Shown in pieces: positions 27,228 to 38,000 of a DNA stretch of 64,000 nucleotides (position 1 is the first letter of the stretch; each line of letters opens with the position of its first letter). The notes below the pieces were generated by a model that saw nothing but the letters and a program-made list of their open reading frames with translations, searched no databases and was not told the DNA's origin. Position numbers and translations under genes: made by a program. This DNA comes from a virus (Duplodnaviria > Caudoviricetes), in IMG/VR virus record IMGVR_UViG_3300031998_000039, positions 34,756 to 98,755 of that record; one strand, 5' to 3'.

Positions 27228-27870
27228 AGTTCCATTCTCCTTGTCCGTAACGCTTAAGCTTCTGCTGTTTAGACTTAATTATTAGCTTGCGAAAGCTGTC
27301 ATAAGTTTTTAGTGTAACATATTTACATCCAATAACATCAAAACATTGTTCGCCACGAGCCAATTCATATTCATTAGCAGATACTATAATGTATGGAATA
27401 ATGTCGTCTTTGGTCAGGTCTTGTAACACTGTTTGAAACAAGTCTTGTTTAAGTTCAATAACATTATCGATACTGAATCCTGAATCAACTGCATCTAAAA
27501 GAATAAATACCTCTTTGGCATTTTTACTTGTAACTTCGCTACGAATAAAATTACCCAACTCACCAGCAATATGAGCAAGATTGTTGTTTAATTGCTCGCC
27601 TTCTGAAGACATTATATTATATGCCATATTATCATAATCTTCATAGAATCCAAACTTCGAAATCATCTTGCTCCCACCTTCTTTATAATTATCATAAAGA
27701 AAACAAGGAATCTTCGTTTTTTTACAATAACTTTGTATCTGATGAAGTAGTGTCGTTTTCCCCGCACCATTGCAACCGACAAGCACCGTTACACCAGCTT
27801 GTAATTCTATTTTGCTTTTATTATGAATTTTGTAATCACAATAATAATCACGTATAATCGGAATAATCAT
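27214..27870 (-). CDS. ABC-type ATPase (stand-alone)
   Basis: Walker A GCNGAGKTT, signature-like SSEGE, Walker B ILLDAVDSG. Confidence 0.8.
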   Translation of the reverse strand: MIIPIIRDYYCDYKIHNKSKIELQAGVTVLVGCNGAGKTTLLHQIQSYCKKTKIPCFLYDNYKEGGSKMISKFGFYEDYDNMAYNIMSSEGEQLNNNLAHIAGELGNFIRSEVTSKNAKEVFILLDAVDSGFSIDNVIELKQDLFQTVLQDLTKDDIIPYIIVSANEYELARGEQCFDVIGCKYVTLKTYDSFRKLIIKSKQQKLKRYGQGEWNYDAT

Positions 27871-28727
27871 GTTTCCTCCTTATAAAAACAACCATCCCCA
27901 AGGCAATACACCGGTTTTAATGTTATAGAATGAATCTCTATCGCTTCTTTGGGATTACTTTCAATAAATAATACTGCCCCTGTTTGTTTAAATATATCGG
28001 CTTTATATTTTCCGTACATATTTAATTTTTGTCTTGTTGCTTTATCCGGCAAGTCAAGCATATATAAATGTTCATATTGAATATTGTGTGCTTTCAGCCA
28101 TTGTTCTGTTTCTGCTCGATATTTTTCAAGCCGACAAGTTACAATAGCTTTAATCTTATGTTTAGGAATAAACTTTGGCTTTGCAGTACGTATGAACTCT
28201 CTGTAATTATTAGCGTCATCATTCTGTTCAGGAGTAGGATCAATACATAACACGCCATCTAAATCAACACAAGAACTTTCAAGTATCAAATGATCCATTA
28301 TATTCCATTCCCAAACACGCCACTGTTCAACAATATCAAAATAAAAGTCAACCTTATTTTTAGAAGATTCGGTTACATATATGGCACAATAAATAAAATC
28401 CATATCAAGATGACGAGAACATTGTTCTTTAATCTTATTTATTGCATAACCAGTAAAACAACTGTCGTCTACTACCAGTATTTTTGTTCTATATGGAGCC
28501 GGGATTTCTCGCCCTAATTCAAATGCAATACGTCTTGTCGTGTCAAATGAATATTTGCCAAGGGTTTCAGTTGTTCCTAAAGGTTTGCCAAGATATAAGG
28601 CAATCAACGTAGCTGGTAACATACCGCTTCTTGGAACTCCAACTATACAGTCAACATTTGGTATTAAATGCAACTTGCTCTTAATAAGCTGATTCATGTC
28701 GTCAATGCTACGAAAATTAATCATCAT
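27867..28727 (-). CDS. Phosphoribosyltransferase-HAD fusion protein
   Basis: GVPRSG and PRPP loop ILVVDDSCFTG; C-terminal VDLDGVL, VTCR, FIES. Confidence 0.78.
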   Translation of the reverse strand: MMINFRSIDDMNQLIKSKLHLIPNVDCIVGVPRSGMLPATLIALYLGKPLGTTETLGKYSFDTTRRIAFELGREIPAPYRTKILVVDDSCFTGYAINKIKEQCSRHLDMDFIYCAIYVTESSKNKVDFYFDIVEQWRVWEWNIMDHLILESSCVDLDGVLCIDPTPEQNDDANNYREFIRTAKPKFIPKHKIKAIVTCRLEKYRAETEQWLKAHNIQYEHLYMLDLPDKATRQKLNMYGKYKADIFKQTGAVLFIESNPKEAIEIHSITLKPVYCLGDGCFYKEET

Positions 28728-30613
28728 TACACTCCTTTAAAATATATAAAGAGTTTTCAGTTTCAATAGTTAATGTATGATCTTGTTCATTAACCCAAGC
28801 TGCAATAACCATTGATGTATACCAATTTCTATAATAAGGAGAATTTAAAACCCACATTTTAAGTTCTTCCCCACGTTCGATTGCATTAGTATCAAATCCA
28901 ACTTTATATCCAATTAATCCTTGATATTTACTGTCATTAACCTGAGTATTACGTTCACCCTTGCGTCCACTATGTAGTATGCTTGTTACGAAGTACTCTT
29001 TTGTCATATTTCTTGCTCCTTTTTTCATAACGTTCTCTAACTGCTTTAACGGTTTCAGAAACATCATGAGTAACTATTTCTTTGTTGTTATCTTTGTCCC
29101 AACGTGTATAAGAATATGTATTAGGTATTTTCCACCCATCTTCGCCACGTTTTTCTGCAAGTTTGTTATATTGTTCCCATAACTCTTCTATATCTATAGG
29201 TTTATATCTTTGTCTATTTTTAACAAAACAAGCAAAACATTGTGGACTAACCCAACCTGTATTTAACATTGGAACATCTGGCTTACCACAAATTACACAA
29301 ACATGTTGGGAAATATGTTCATATTTATTTATAATATCATTTACTTCTTGAGTTGTGCCTGTTGTGTAACAACAGAGTATTCCATACTTCTCTTTAGTTT
29401 GCAGTATTCCAAAACCCTTTTGTTCCTTAACCGCTTCGCCTAACTCACGCATAAACATATCGCCAAAAGCAATATCCCAACCATAAGTAAAGCCCCAATT
29501 TAAATATGAATAGTCATATTTAGAATCTAAATGTCGTTTTCTAAAATGCTGATAAGGCTTAAGCCACGGATATTTTTTAACAAGTTTCTTGTTTTTTATT
29601 CGTTCAGCTTTAAGCCTTTTAGAATACTTTTTATGTTTACGACTTCTAAACCAATTGCACCATTTCTTTCTATTCATAATTACTCTCCACTCATAGATTT
29701 AAAATAATTTTCAACATACTTAATAAGCCTATCTTCTTCTAAATAGAACAAATCACTACCATAAGCACATTGAAGATTACAAATTAACTGTGTCATTCGC
29801 CAGTCAGGACAATATTTTTTATGTAACTCTTTAAGTTTGTCATAAAATTCATCTAATCTATTTGGATCTCTCATATTTTACCTCTCTATGCTGTGCCTAA
29901 TTTATCATCATTATCGTCATCATAAAAATCTTTAAGTAACCGCAACCCTAATTCAGCAAGCAAACATACCCATACACAAGCATATGACAATCTGTCTGTT
30001 CCGCCAATCAACACTGTAATACCAATAGCAATCCAGCCAACTAATAAGATGCTATCTAATATTTTATCTATCATTTTTGCTAATCCACCTTTCAAATATA
30101 TAATTGCAATAATCATTTGCTTCTGAAGGTTTCGACTTACAAACCTTTTCTATAATTTCGTTATCAATTTCAGAACCAAAAAGATCAATTGCAATCCATG
30201 TTGATAAAGACTTGTAATAATCTTCTAACCATTGCATATTTAGTTTTTTACATGTGACTATAAATGCAGCATGCCAACCCGCAGTACCATTTTGAAGGTC
30301 ATAAATTTCAGAACCATCATTTTCATAATCAACAGGAAGCAAAACTTTAATTCCAAATATTGAAACCAGTTCGCCAGCCATTGCTATAAAAAAATAGTCT
30401 GGAATATTTTTTATAGCTTCACTAGGCACTTTATAATCTATCTTTATCGTTTCCAATGTGTTGTCCCTCATCAAAGTGTCGTTTAAAGTGTTGTTTGTTA
30501 TAGTGTTTATTTCTGAACATAACCACTAATTGAGCAACACCTACGATCAAAATTAGAAATGAGAAGTTGCCTTTACCCATTTCCATCCATACAGTTTCAA
30601 TAAACTCTGTCAT
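28717..30613 (-). CDS. Cluster of hypothetical phage proteins (28717-29007, 28970-29677, 29680-29874, 29886-30074, 30064-30474, 30431-30613)
   Basis: Coupled ORFs; recurrent phage motifs QTKEKYG..CxxCG and MRDPNR..PDWR. Confidence 0.55.
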
Positions 30614-30685
30614 ATTACCTCGCTATATAAGTTCCAATTAAACAACATATCAGAACTAATAATAATAAAATAAATCCTATCTTTT

Positions 30686-31228
30686 TCATAATTCCTCCAA
30701 TTCAGCAGGATCGAATCTGTATTTATATCCATTAAGTCTAACCCATTGCCATTGAGGACACCCCGGATAATAGCAAGCCATATTAGGAAAGAAATCGCTA
30801 ATATATTGCATTTTATCATCATCAAGCGGAACATATGAAACAATCGCAAAAGCATTTTCTGCTAACCATATACGCTGCTCTGTGTTTTGTTCTTTAAGAT
30901 AATCTATAATCTCACGTTCTATAAAAATACCATTTTTAATTTTTACTCGCGGTATCCAACGCATATTGGGAACATCGGTTCTAAATGGAAGTCGGTCAAT
31001 ACCAATATAAGCATGATGATTTTGAAAAAAGTATGCCTGAAGTCCTGCATAACTGCCTAAATCAATAACAAATTTATTTTTAGGGATTATATTTGCCAGT
31101 TCTCCATATATCTGTGTAAATCCTATAAAGCTATTTCCATATTCACAATAAGGAGAATCAAATATACGTTTTATCTCTTCTTCAGGAGCCAATTCATACA
31201 GTTTTCTCGTCCAATAATCTAATTTCAT
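30686..31228 (-). CDS. Class I SAM-binding-like protein
   Basis: VIDLGSYAG...YIGID. Confidence 0.5.
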   Translation of the reverse strand: MKLDYWTRKLYELAPEEEIKRIFDSPYCEYGNSFIGFTQIYGELANIIPKNKFVIDLGSYAGLQAYFFQNHHAYIGIDRLPFRTDVPNMRWIPRVKIKNGIFIEREIIDYLKEQNTEQRIWLAENAFAIVSYVPLDDDKMQYISDFFPNMACYYPGCPQWQWVRLNGYKYRFDPAELEEL

Positions 31229-31606
31229 ATGTCTCTCCCATATGATGTAATTAATTTGCCATCCTCATCAAATACATCTACAATCTGTTTGGCAACAGGT
31301 TTATCAACTGGTAAAACAGAAATTATAATTTGATCATCTATTGGTAAAGTTTCATCAATTACAATCTCTTTCGCAATCAGCATTATCTGCTGCACACATA
31401 CGGCAACTTTCTTCATATTCAACCTCGGTCATTTGTTCTGTAATGTAATATCCGTTTTCATCTGACATCTTGACAACTATATAGTTGGATTCATGTAAAT
31501 ATTTTAATAAATCCTGAAAGCGTCCATCTTTATTATCAGGTGACTCTGGATATATAACACCAAGAATATGGTAAATATTTGTATACATATTATTACCTCA
31601 TAATTA

Positions 31607-32137
31607 TTATAGTGGTGGTAATTTAAAATAATCTAGTTCTATAGGATATATATCAGCCAAAGTGCAATCTTTTATATAAGCTTTAGCATCCTCAACGGAT
31701 CGACAAAAGTGAATGCCATGAGAACATTCAGTGTTAGTATCAATATCTAACCCATCAGGAATAACATATTTATTAAAGCTATATTGAAAATCAGAATTAT
31801 ATAGGGAAAGAAAAATTAAATCTTTTGGATTTCCATTATAATTTTTTACTTTAAAAAGTGTATTTGGCGAAAATTCTGAAGAACGACCATAATAAAAATA
31901 ATCAATAACTTCAACTATTTTTGCCTTACTACATCGACATTTTATTGATGATGATGTAACTAAATAAAATGGTTCAAAACGTGCAGATATATCTGTTATT
32001 ACACTCTTTGCACCCACTGGACATACTATAGTTGAACCATTCGGAATTGCAAGCTTTACTAAAGCTAAATAGTCTGGAAATTGAATAAGATTCATTTTGT
32101 GTTTAACCCATAAAAATTTATATCCATACTCAGACAT
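31607..32137 (-). CDS. DUF5758-like phage protein
   Basis: KCRCSKAKIV...ECSHGIHF. Confidence 0.55.
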   Translation of the reverse strand: MSEYGYKFLWVKHKMNLIQFPDYLALVKLAIPNGSTIVCPVGAKSVITDISARFEPFYLVTSSSIKCRCSKAKIVEVIDYFYYGRSSEFSPNTLFKVKNYNGNPKDLIFLSLYNSDFQYSFNKYVIPDGLDIDTNTECSHGIHFCRSVEDAKAYIKDCTLADIYPIELDYFKLPPL

Positions 32138-32144
32138 CTTTCCC

Positions 32145-32357
32145 CTACCATTTCTTATTTAACCAATATTTAAATATAATAACTATAACAATTAACAAGA
32201 CTACTATTGCTGCTGAAATCCAAATTGGCGCTAATACCCAGCCCCAACTCCAATCAATAACCCCACAGAGTTTTAATACTATAAATGTTATCTGTAAGAC
32301 ACCGACAAATCCGATACCACCGCTACTTCCTGAGTTTTTACTATCCATATTTATCAC
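32145..32357 (-). CDS. Small membrane protein
   Basis: LKLCGVIDWSWGWVLAPIW, two TM segments. Confidence 0.7.
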   Translation of the reverse strand: MINMDSKNSGSSGGIGFVGVLQITFIVLKLCGVIDWSWGWVLAPIWISAAIVVLLIVIVIIFKYWLNKKW

Positions 32358-32372
32358 CTCACTTTATAATTT

Positions 32373-32401
32373 ATATTATCATATATATTAATTTATGTCA
32401 A
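32373..32401 (-). promoter_or_regulatory. SigmaA promoter
   Basis: TTGACA-17 nt-TAATAT with TG. Confidence 0.6.
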
Positions 32402-32991
32402 GACTTAATTTTTAGAGCGATAAGCCTGCTGAAATTTAAATAAGATCGCCCAACAATGTCTGCCACTTTTTTCTTAAACTCTCGCTCTGCACGTTTTTGT
32501 TCGGCTTCATATTTCTTTTTATTGGTATCAATAACAAGATTCTCGCCTTCCATTTTGTGTCCGCCACCTGTAGCAAAATACTCTCCGTCTATCACCTTCC
32601 ATTGAGTACCAAGTTTAGGTTGCATGCTTTGGTATATTACATAATCAGGAACATTAGTGCCATAACAAAGAATTTCTTCAGCTAGATCATAGACATGTTG
32701 AGGGATTTCAACTTTACCAATACGGTTTTTTGTAGCACTAGCATATTGACCTTTTGCATATAATACATCTTTAATAGTTGTTCCGCCCCATTCACCAGAT
32801 TTTACACGATTCATAACAACTGATCCTGTTGCAATCAAAACTTGACGATTTTCATCTTCTGTTTTACCAGTTGAACCATTTTCTAAATACATAATATTAG
32901 CTAATAATTCAACATCTTCTTTGGTGTAATTTGAATTTATTGAAAATGACATAGATAATGTTAATAATATAATTAAACTGCTTAAGAACAT
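32398..32991 (-). CDS. Cell wall hydrolase, SleB/CwlJ (Hydrolase_2) family, with signal peptide
   Basis: LLANIMYLE (catalytic Glu), VVMNRV, TIKDVLYAKGQY. Confidence 0.82.
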   Translation of the reverse strand: MFLSSLIILLTLSMSFSINSNYTKEDVELLANIMYLENGSTGKTEDENRQVLIATGSVVMNRVKSGEWGGTTIKDVLYAKGQYASATKNRIGKVEIPQHVYDLAEEILCYGTNVPDYVIYQSMQPKLGTQWKVIDGEYFATGGGHKMEGENLVIDTNKKKYEAEQKRAEREFKKKVADIVGRSYLNFSRLIALKIKS

Positions 32992-33644
32992 TCTTTTTCT
33001 CCTTTTTTTGTTTCTAAATACCTATAATAACGATTAGGTGTATTAATAGCTTTTTCAAAATCCCAACCTAAATGTGTTATTCTATAAGATAACATTTGAT
33101 GATTCATGTTGTATATTTTTGCCCATTCACCTATTGTTTTTGTTTCATTATTATAAGTAATATAATGATTGTTTCTACGATTATTTCCTTGAGTTATATT
33201 GTCAGCCCAACGACAATTATCAGGAGAATATCCTTTATCATTATCAATACGATCTAATGTTAGATTATCAGCGTAACCATTATTTATTGCCCATTCATAA
33301 AAATTTTCAAAATTATCATTCCATTCATTACATACTTTAATACCACGTCCGCCATATAAAGCATAATTAAAATGGGTTTCTAAATTACATCTTGATCTCA
33401 TTCCAGTCCAAATATCCCATAATCGAGTATGTGATTTACCATGTGTAGTATGAACTAAAGCCGACTTTTCTCTTTGTAAACAACCACAAGATTTTGTATG
33501 ACCACTTCTTAAATGATAACTTGTTGTAGTGAATTTATTTCCGCAATCACATTGACATGTCCATAATTTTTCTTTTCTTTTATTTCTTCCAGCGTCTTCA
33601 CAAACAACAGCTTTACCAAATCTCATTCCCATGATATCAATCAT
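32982..33644 (-). CDS. HNH-type endonuclease
   Basis: WTCQCDCG, SCGC, YGGRGIKVC, LTLDRIDNDKGYSPDNCRW. Confidence 0.85.
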   Translation of the reverse strand: MIDIMGMRFGKAVVCEDAGRNKRKEKLWTCQCDCGNKFTTTSYHLRSGHTKSCGCLQREKSALVHTTHGKSHTRLWDIWTGMRSRCNLETHFNYALYGGRGIKVCNEWNDNFENFYEWAINNGYADNLTLDRIDNDKGYSPDNCRWADNITQGNNRRNNHYITYNNETKTIGEWAKIYNMNHQMLSYRITHLGWDFEKAINTPNRYYRYLETKKGEKECS

Positions 33645-34441
33645 GTTTTAAATTTTCCTCCTTCTTCTCAATATAAATACTCCAATAACCTTTTCTTTTT
33701 ATTGTTCGAGTTACGTATCCATATTTATTCAATTCTTTTTCTAAAGTAGCGTCAGTAGTAAAGATTTTACCGCCAATCAAAGAATCAATTGGTATTGCAC
33801 GTACTTGATCCTTTTGTTTTTGAATTTGTTCAAACATTTTTATTTCTTGATTCATTTTTCACCATATTTTTCTATAATTTTTATATAGTTGCCTCAAAGA
33901 ATACCGCACCACGATCACATAAGTCCTGTATTTCTGCCCGTACAAGTCCATGCGAAAATCCTGAATGTCCTTGTTTATCAAACTTTACAACGGCATCTTT
34001 AAGAGAGCAATTGTTGTTTAGCATTTCTATTATTTCTAATGCTTGAGTTAAATCCCAACCTTGATACATACCATACAAACTTTCATCAAGCATTTTTTCA
34101 TATAAATCCCAGTATTTTTTATCTAAAATATCATGTCCGTTGGCGAGATAACCTTCTTTGATTTTAGGAATTGAATTTAAAAATTTTTTCAACTCTTCCT
34201 GTCGTCTTAATTCAGCCTTTTCTTGTTTAGTTTTGCATTCCACCCATGATACACCAACGCACTTTTGATATGCAGAATCTAAACTGTCTTCATCAGAATA
34301 GATTTCATATATATTGAATCGTGTATAAAGCAATTGCTTTGTTCTTAACGATTCTTTAATTAATGTTAATAAGGTATCTTCTACTGAACACCCTATCGGA
34401 ACAGAATAATATTCATATGTCTTGCCATTATGTTTTGTCAT
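33637..34441 (-). CDS. Two hypothetical proteins (33637-33855; 33881-34441)
   Basis: ORFs in operon. Confidence 0.55.
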
Positions 34442-34445
34442 TTTG

Positions 34446-34889
34446 TCACCTCAATTTATATACCGTAATATCGACTGGAACATCCGCAAAGGTATCAAAA
34501 ATGCAGAGACTTACGTCACTCCAATTTAATTTGTCAAGTCCGCATCCAATCATTGGCATTACAATTTTTGTTATGTTGTTTGTTATTACATATCTTTTTA
34601 GGCTATCAAGTGCGCCTTGTAAGGTTGCTATTGTAGGCTTATCATAGCATTTTGCCTTTGTAACAAGATTATAAACCATACGCTTATCAATCATGGGTGT
34701 CGGTAAACCATACCCTTCACCATACCAAACGTTCATCGGATATGTGGAACGTAATGCAGCCTTGACACCTCTACGAGTAAACTCTGCAGCTATGCCAGCG
34801 CCTAATACAAAGTCTGCACTGATACAATGAACATAAAGCGGTTCTGATCCTGCAGAAAATAAATCTCCATAAACTACATTATATGTCAT
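34446..34889 (-). CDS. Macrodomain ADP-ribosylhydrolase, TARG1/OARD1-DarG type
   Basis: GDLF, HCISADFVLGAGIA, NLVTK, MPMIGCGLDKL. Confidence 0.88.
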   Translation of the reverse strand: MTYNVVYGDLFSAGSEPLYVHCISADFVLGAGIAAEFTRRGVKAALRSTYPMNVWYGEGYGLPTPMIDKRMVYNLVTKAKCYDKPTIATLQGALDSLKRYVITNNITKIVMPMIGCGLDKLNWSDVSLCIFDTFADVPVDITVYKLR

Positions 34890-35048
34890 TCTTTTTCTCC
34901 TTTAATATCTTATCAATTCCATCCCGAACTGCCTGAAGATGAAAGTCACAGACAAAATACGAATCATACTTGTCGCCTTGGACTACATTACTCTTGGGGC
35001 ATTTGATACACTCTTTATATTGCTTGCAATAATCCCACTTTTTCATGA

Positions 35049-38000
35049 CTACGCTCCTGTGTTAGATATTAAAACAACATGTTCCATATTTAAACCAACT
35101 GGTTTAATTTCAATATTTTGACTTCTGGCAAAATCATCAGAGTTAATTCTTGCAAGTCGTTCTGCGTGTAATTCATCCTCTGCAACAATAACCATCTCGT
35201 CATCTTCACACCAAGATATTCTATCTTTTGGACGTGTTACTAAGTATATATTCATATTTCTTTCCTCCACTCAAAGCATTTGCATCTATTCCAATAATTT
35301 ATATTATGTTCATATTTAGGACTATTTTCATTTAAACATGAACAATAATCATTATCGGTTTCTTCGGTTTCAAAAAACCACTCGCAATGTTCACATTTAA
35401 TATTTGATTTTTTAGATTTATTTAATGTTCTCATTTTTACCCCTCCTTAGCTTTCTCCCGCATTCAGGACAGAAATTTAACTTATATCCGAATCCATTGT
35501 GTCGGTAGCGCACTGTTCTGCCTGCATCCTTTTTCTTACGAATACTTGGTTTCCAAGAATGCGTAACTAACGCAATAGTGTAATCATACTTAGTTTTTTC
35601 TTCGCCATCTTCAAGGCATTCGTTTTCTATGCTTTTAAGGAAGTCATAAAGATCACAAAATTTACAATCAATCATTATCCACCTCTACGTTAAATTTATA
35701 ATAGGATCTTATTATTATTTCAGAATCATCTGCTATTCTCCATTGAAAAATACCCTGATCCCGTAATTTACTTTCGTATTCATCAGCCATTTGTTTGCCC
35801 TGTTCTGTATTAGGATAAATTGTATTTTCATAACGTTGAATTATCATTATGCTCCTCCAACCTTTTCAGATTTTTGACCAATATTTTCTTTTGGAATTTC
35901 TGTAAAATCCTATCATACTCCTTATCTGTCATGCATCCGTAAATCCATAAGCAAGTTAGCCTATCCAATCAGCCGTATCGCCAAAAGTAAATCCTTGTTC
36001 ATTAGCTTGCTTTTCATAAGTATCAGCTAATGCACCGTGATGAAATCCTACTGTTGTCATATCTTATTCTCCTTTATCTGCCTCCTTATACGGCTCTGGT
36101 AACGGCATCCATGCAATAACATCTTCCCAATCGTCATATTCTTCCAATCCACATCCATATTCATCTATAACACATGTATCCGCCTTAACTGTACCATACC
36201 TTGTAGATATAAGTATCTCCTGCCCATCGTCTGGCATAGGACAATCAAACATTTCTTCAAGATTACAGTTTGTATATTCTTCATAATATTTCTTTTCTTC
36301 TTCTGTTGTAGGACGATACTTTATGGGAATCCATTCACTCATTCTCTACCTCCTTATCTGCCTCGATTACTGTTGGAGCATTATTAAGAACATTTTTTAC
36401 TCTATCCATAGTAACTAAATGCGTATTATCTTGTTGAATGAATCCTTTAAATTCAACTTGTTTTAATAACTTATCCATATCAAACAGCCTTCCATGTCCC
36501 TTTGGGAGTACAGTGCCGGCATTTACTGCGTTCAATAAATAAAGTTCTGTATTAAATGTCTTTTGTCCATTACGAATACAATTATATTCATCTTTTGGAA
36601 TCTGTATAATAACTTCAACCATATCAGCCATTATCATCACCACCCTTGTCTGCTTCGATTATTGTTGGTGCATTTTTAATGTCTTGCTGAGGCACAGCAA
36701 TATCCCCATTAGGCAAGTGGTAAAGCAAATGCTGAATCTCTGCTCTTATAAGTCTATCTAAATCTCCAAGCCTGCCATGCCCTTTAGGAAGTACAGTACC
36801 GTTCTTAACGCCATTCCATAAGGCAAATTCAATAGTCTTTCCGTTTCGTCTGCCTACAATTATTCTGTCTATCTGTTGGATTTTCTCGTAAACGTCTTTT
36901 GGAATCCTAACGACAACCTCAACTGTTTCCATTCGATACCTCCTTATATTTCAATAACTTTAATCCTTTTCTTAAACATTCCTCGCAATATGAATATTTC
37001 GAGTATTCCATTTTCTCAAATGTCGGCATGGGATAATCATAAGGTTTCTTACACCGCAAACAGATTAGATACATTCTCTTAACTGTTTCCATCTGATACC
37101 TCCGTCAACATCTTATACATCTGTTCCGCTTTATCTCCAACAAACATATTTCGTACATAAAATTCGCCATTATGTATACTTGCTACATACATAGCTGATA
37201 AATCCTTGCTCGATTCATCCCTATCAAAAATTATTGTCAGCGTGTCAATCATCTGTATCACTTCCTAAAAGACTTAAACCCGGAACAAACAACTCCTTTT
37301 CACATTGTTCTCTATCTACTAAATAACTTATCCCTTTATCCACAACAGAAAGTGGTATAAGTTTAACAGTTTCGGGTATATGTTCCTGTAACTCTTTAGC
37401 ATCCTCTGGATTACAATATAAAGCATATGGATAGTTCTGTATATCGTAATCATGCATGCGCTTTAATAAGTCAGCCGTTGTCATTCTGTATTACCTCCCC
37501 ATATCTTCCCAAATACTATTATCTAATCTTGCTTCTACGGGTTCTGTGCTATCTTTCCATACAATCGCCTTTTCGTAATTGTCTAAATACGCTATAGTAT
37601 CTCTCAATATTTCAGACGGGATAACACTTTCTGTGTATCCTATTGCCAATTCTAATATATTTTTACATTCTTTAATGCTTCTCATCTGTATCACCATCCT
37701 TTAAATGCCAAAACAATTTAATTTTGCACGCTTGATAGCTGAAATTATTTCATCTGCAACAACTGTATATCTTTCACCATTAATTTCTATTTCCACTTTA
37801 TCACTATCATTCCATGCGTTATGGATTTTTATGTTAGGTTTTGCCGGATTTGAATAATCTTTTATTTCACACGTTACTTTCATTCACTCACCTCTATACT
37901 TGTCGATAACGTAACTGGAGGTAAATCAAGGATGTCCTGCATTATTCTTCCAGTACTTCTTCCCCTTGAGATACAACATCTTTCGTCACTTATTGCCCTT

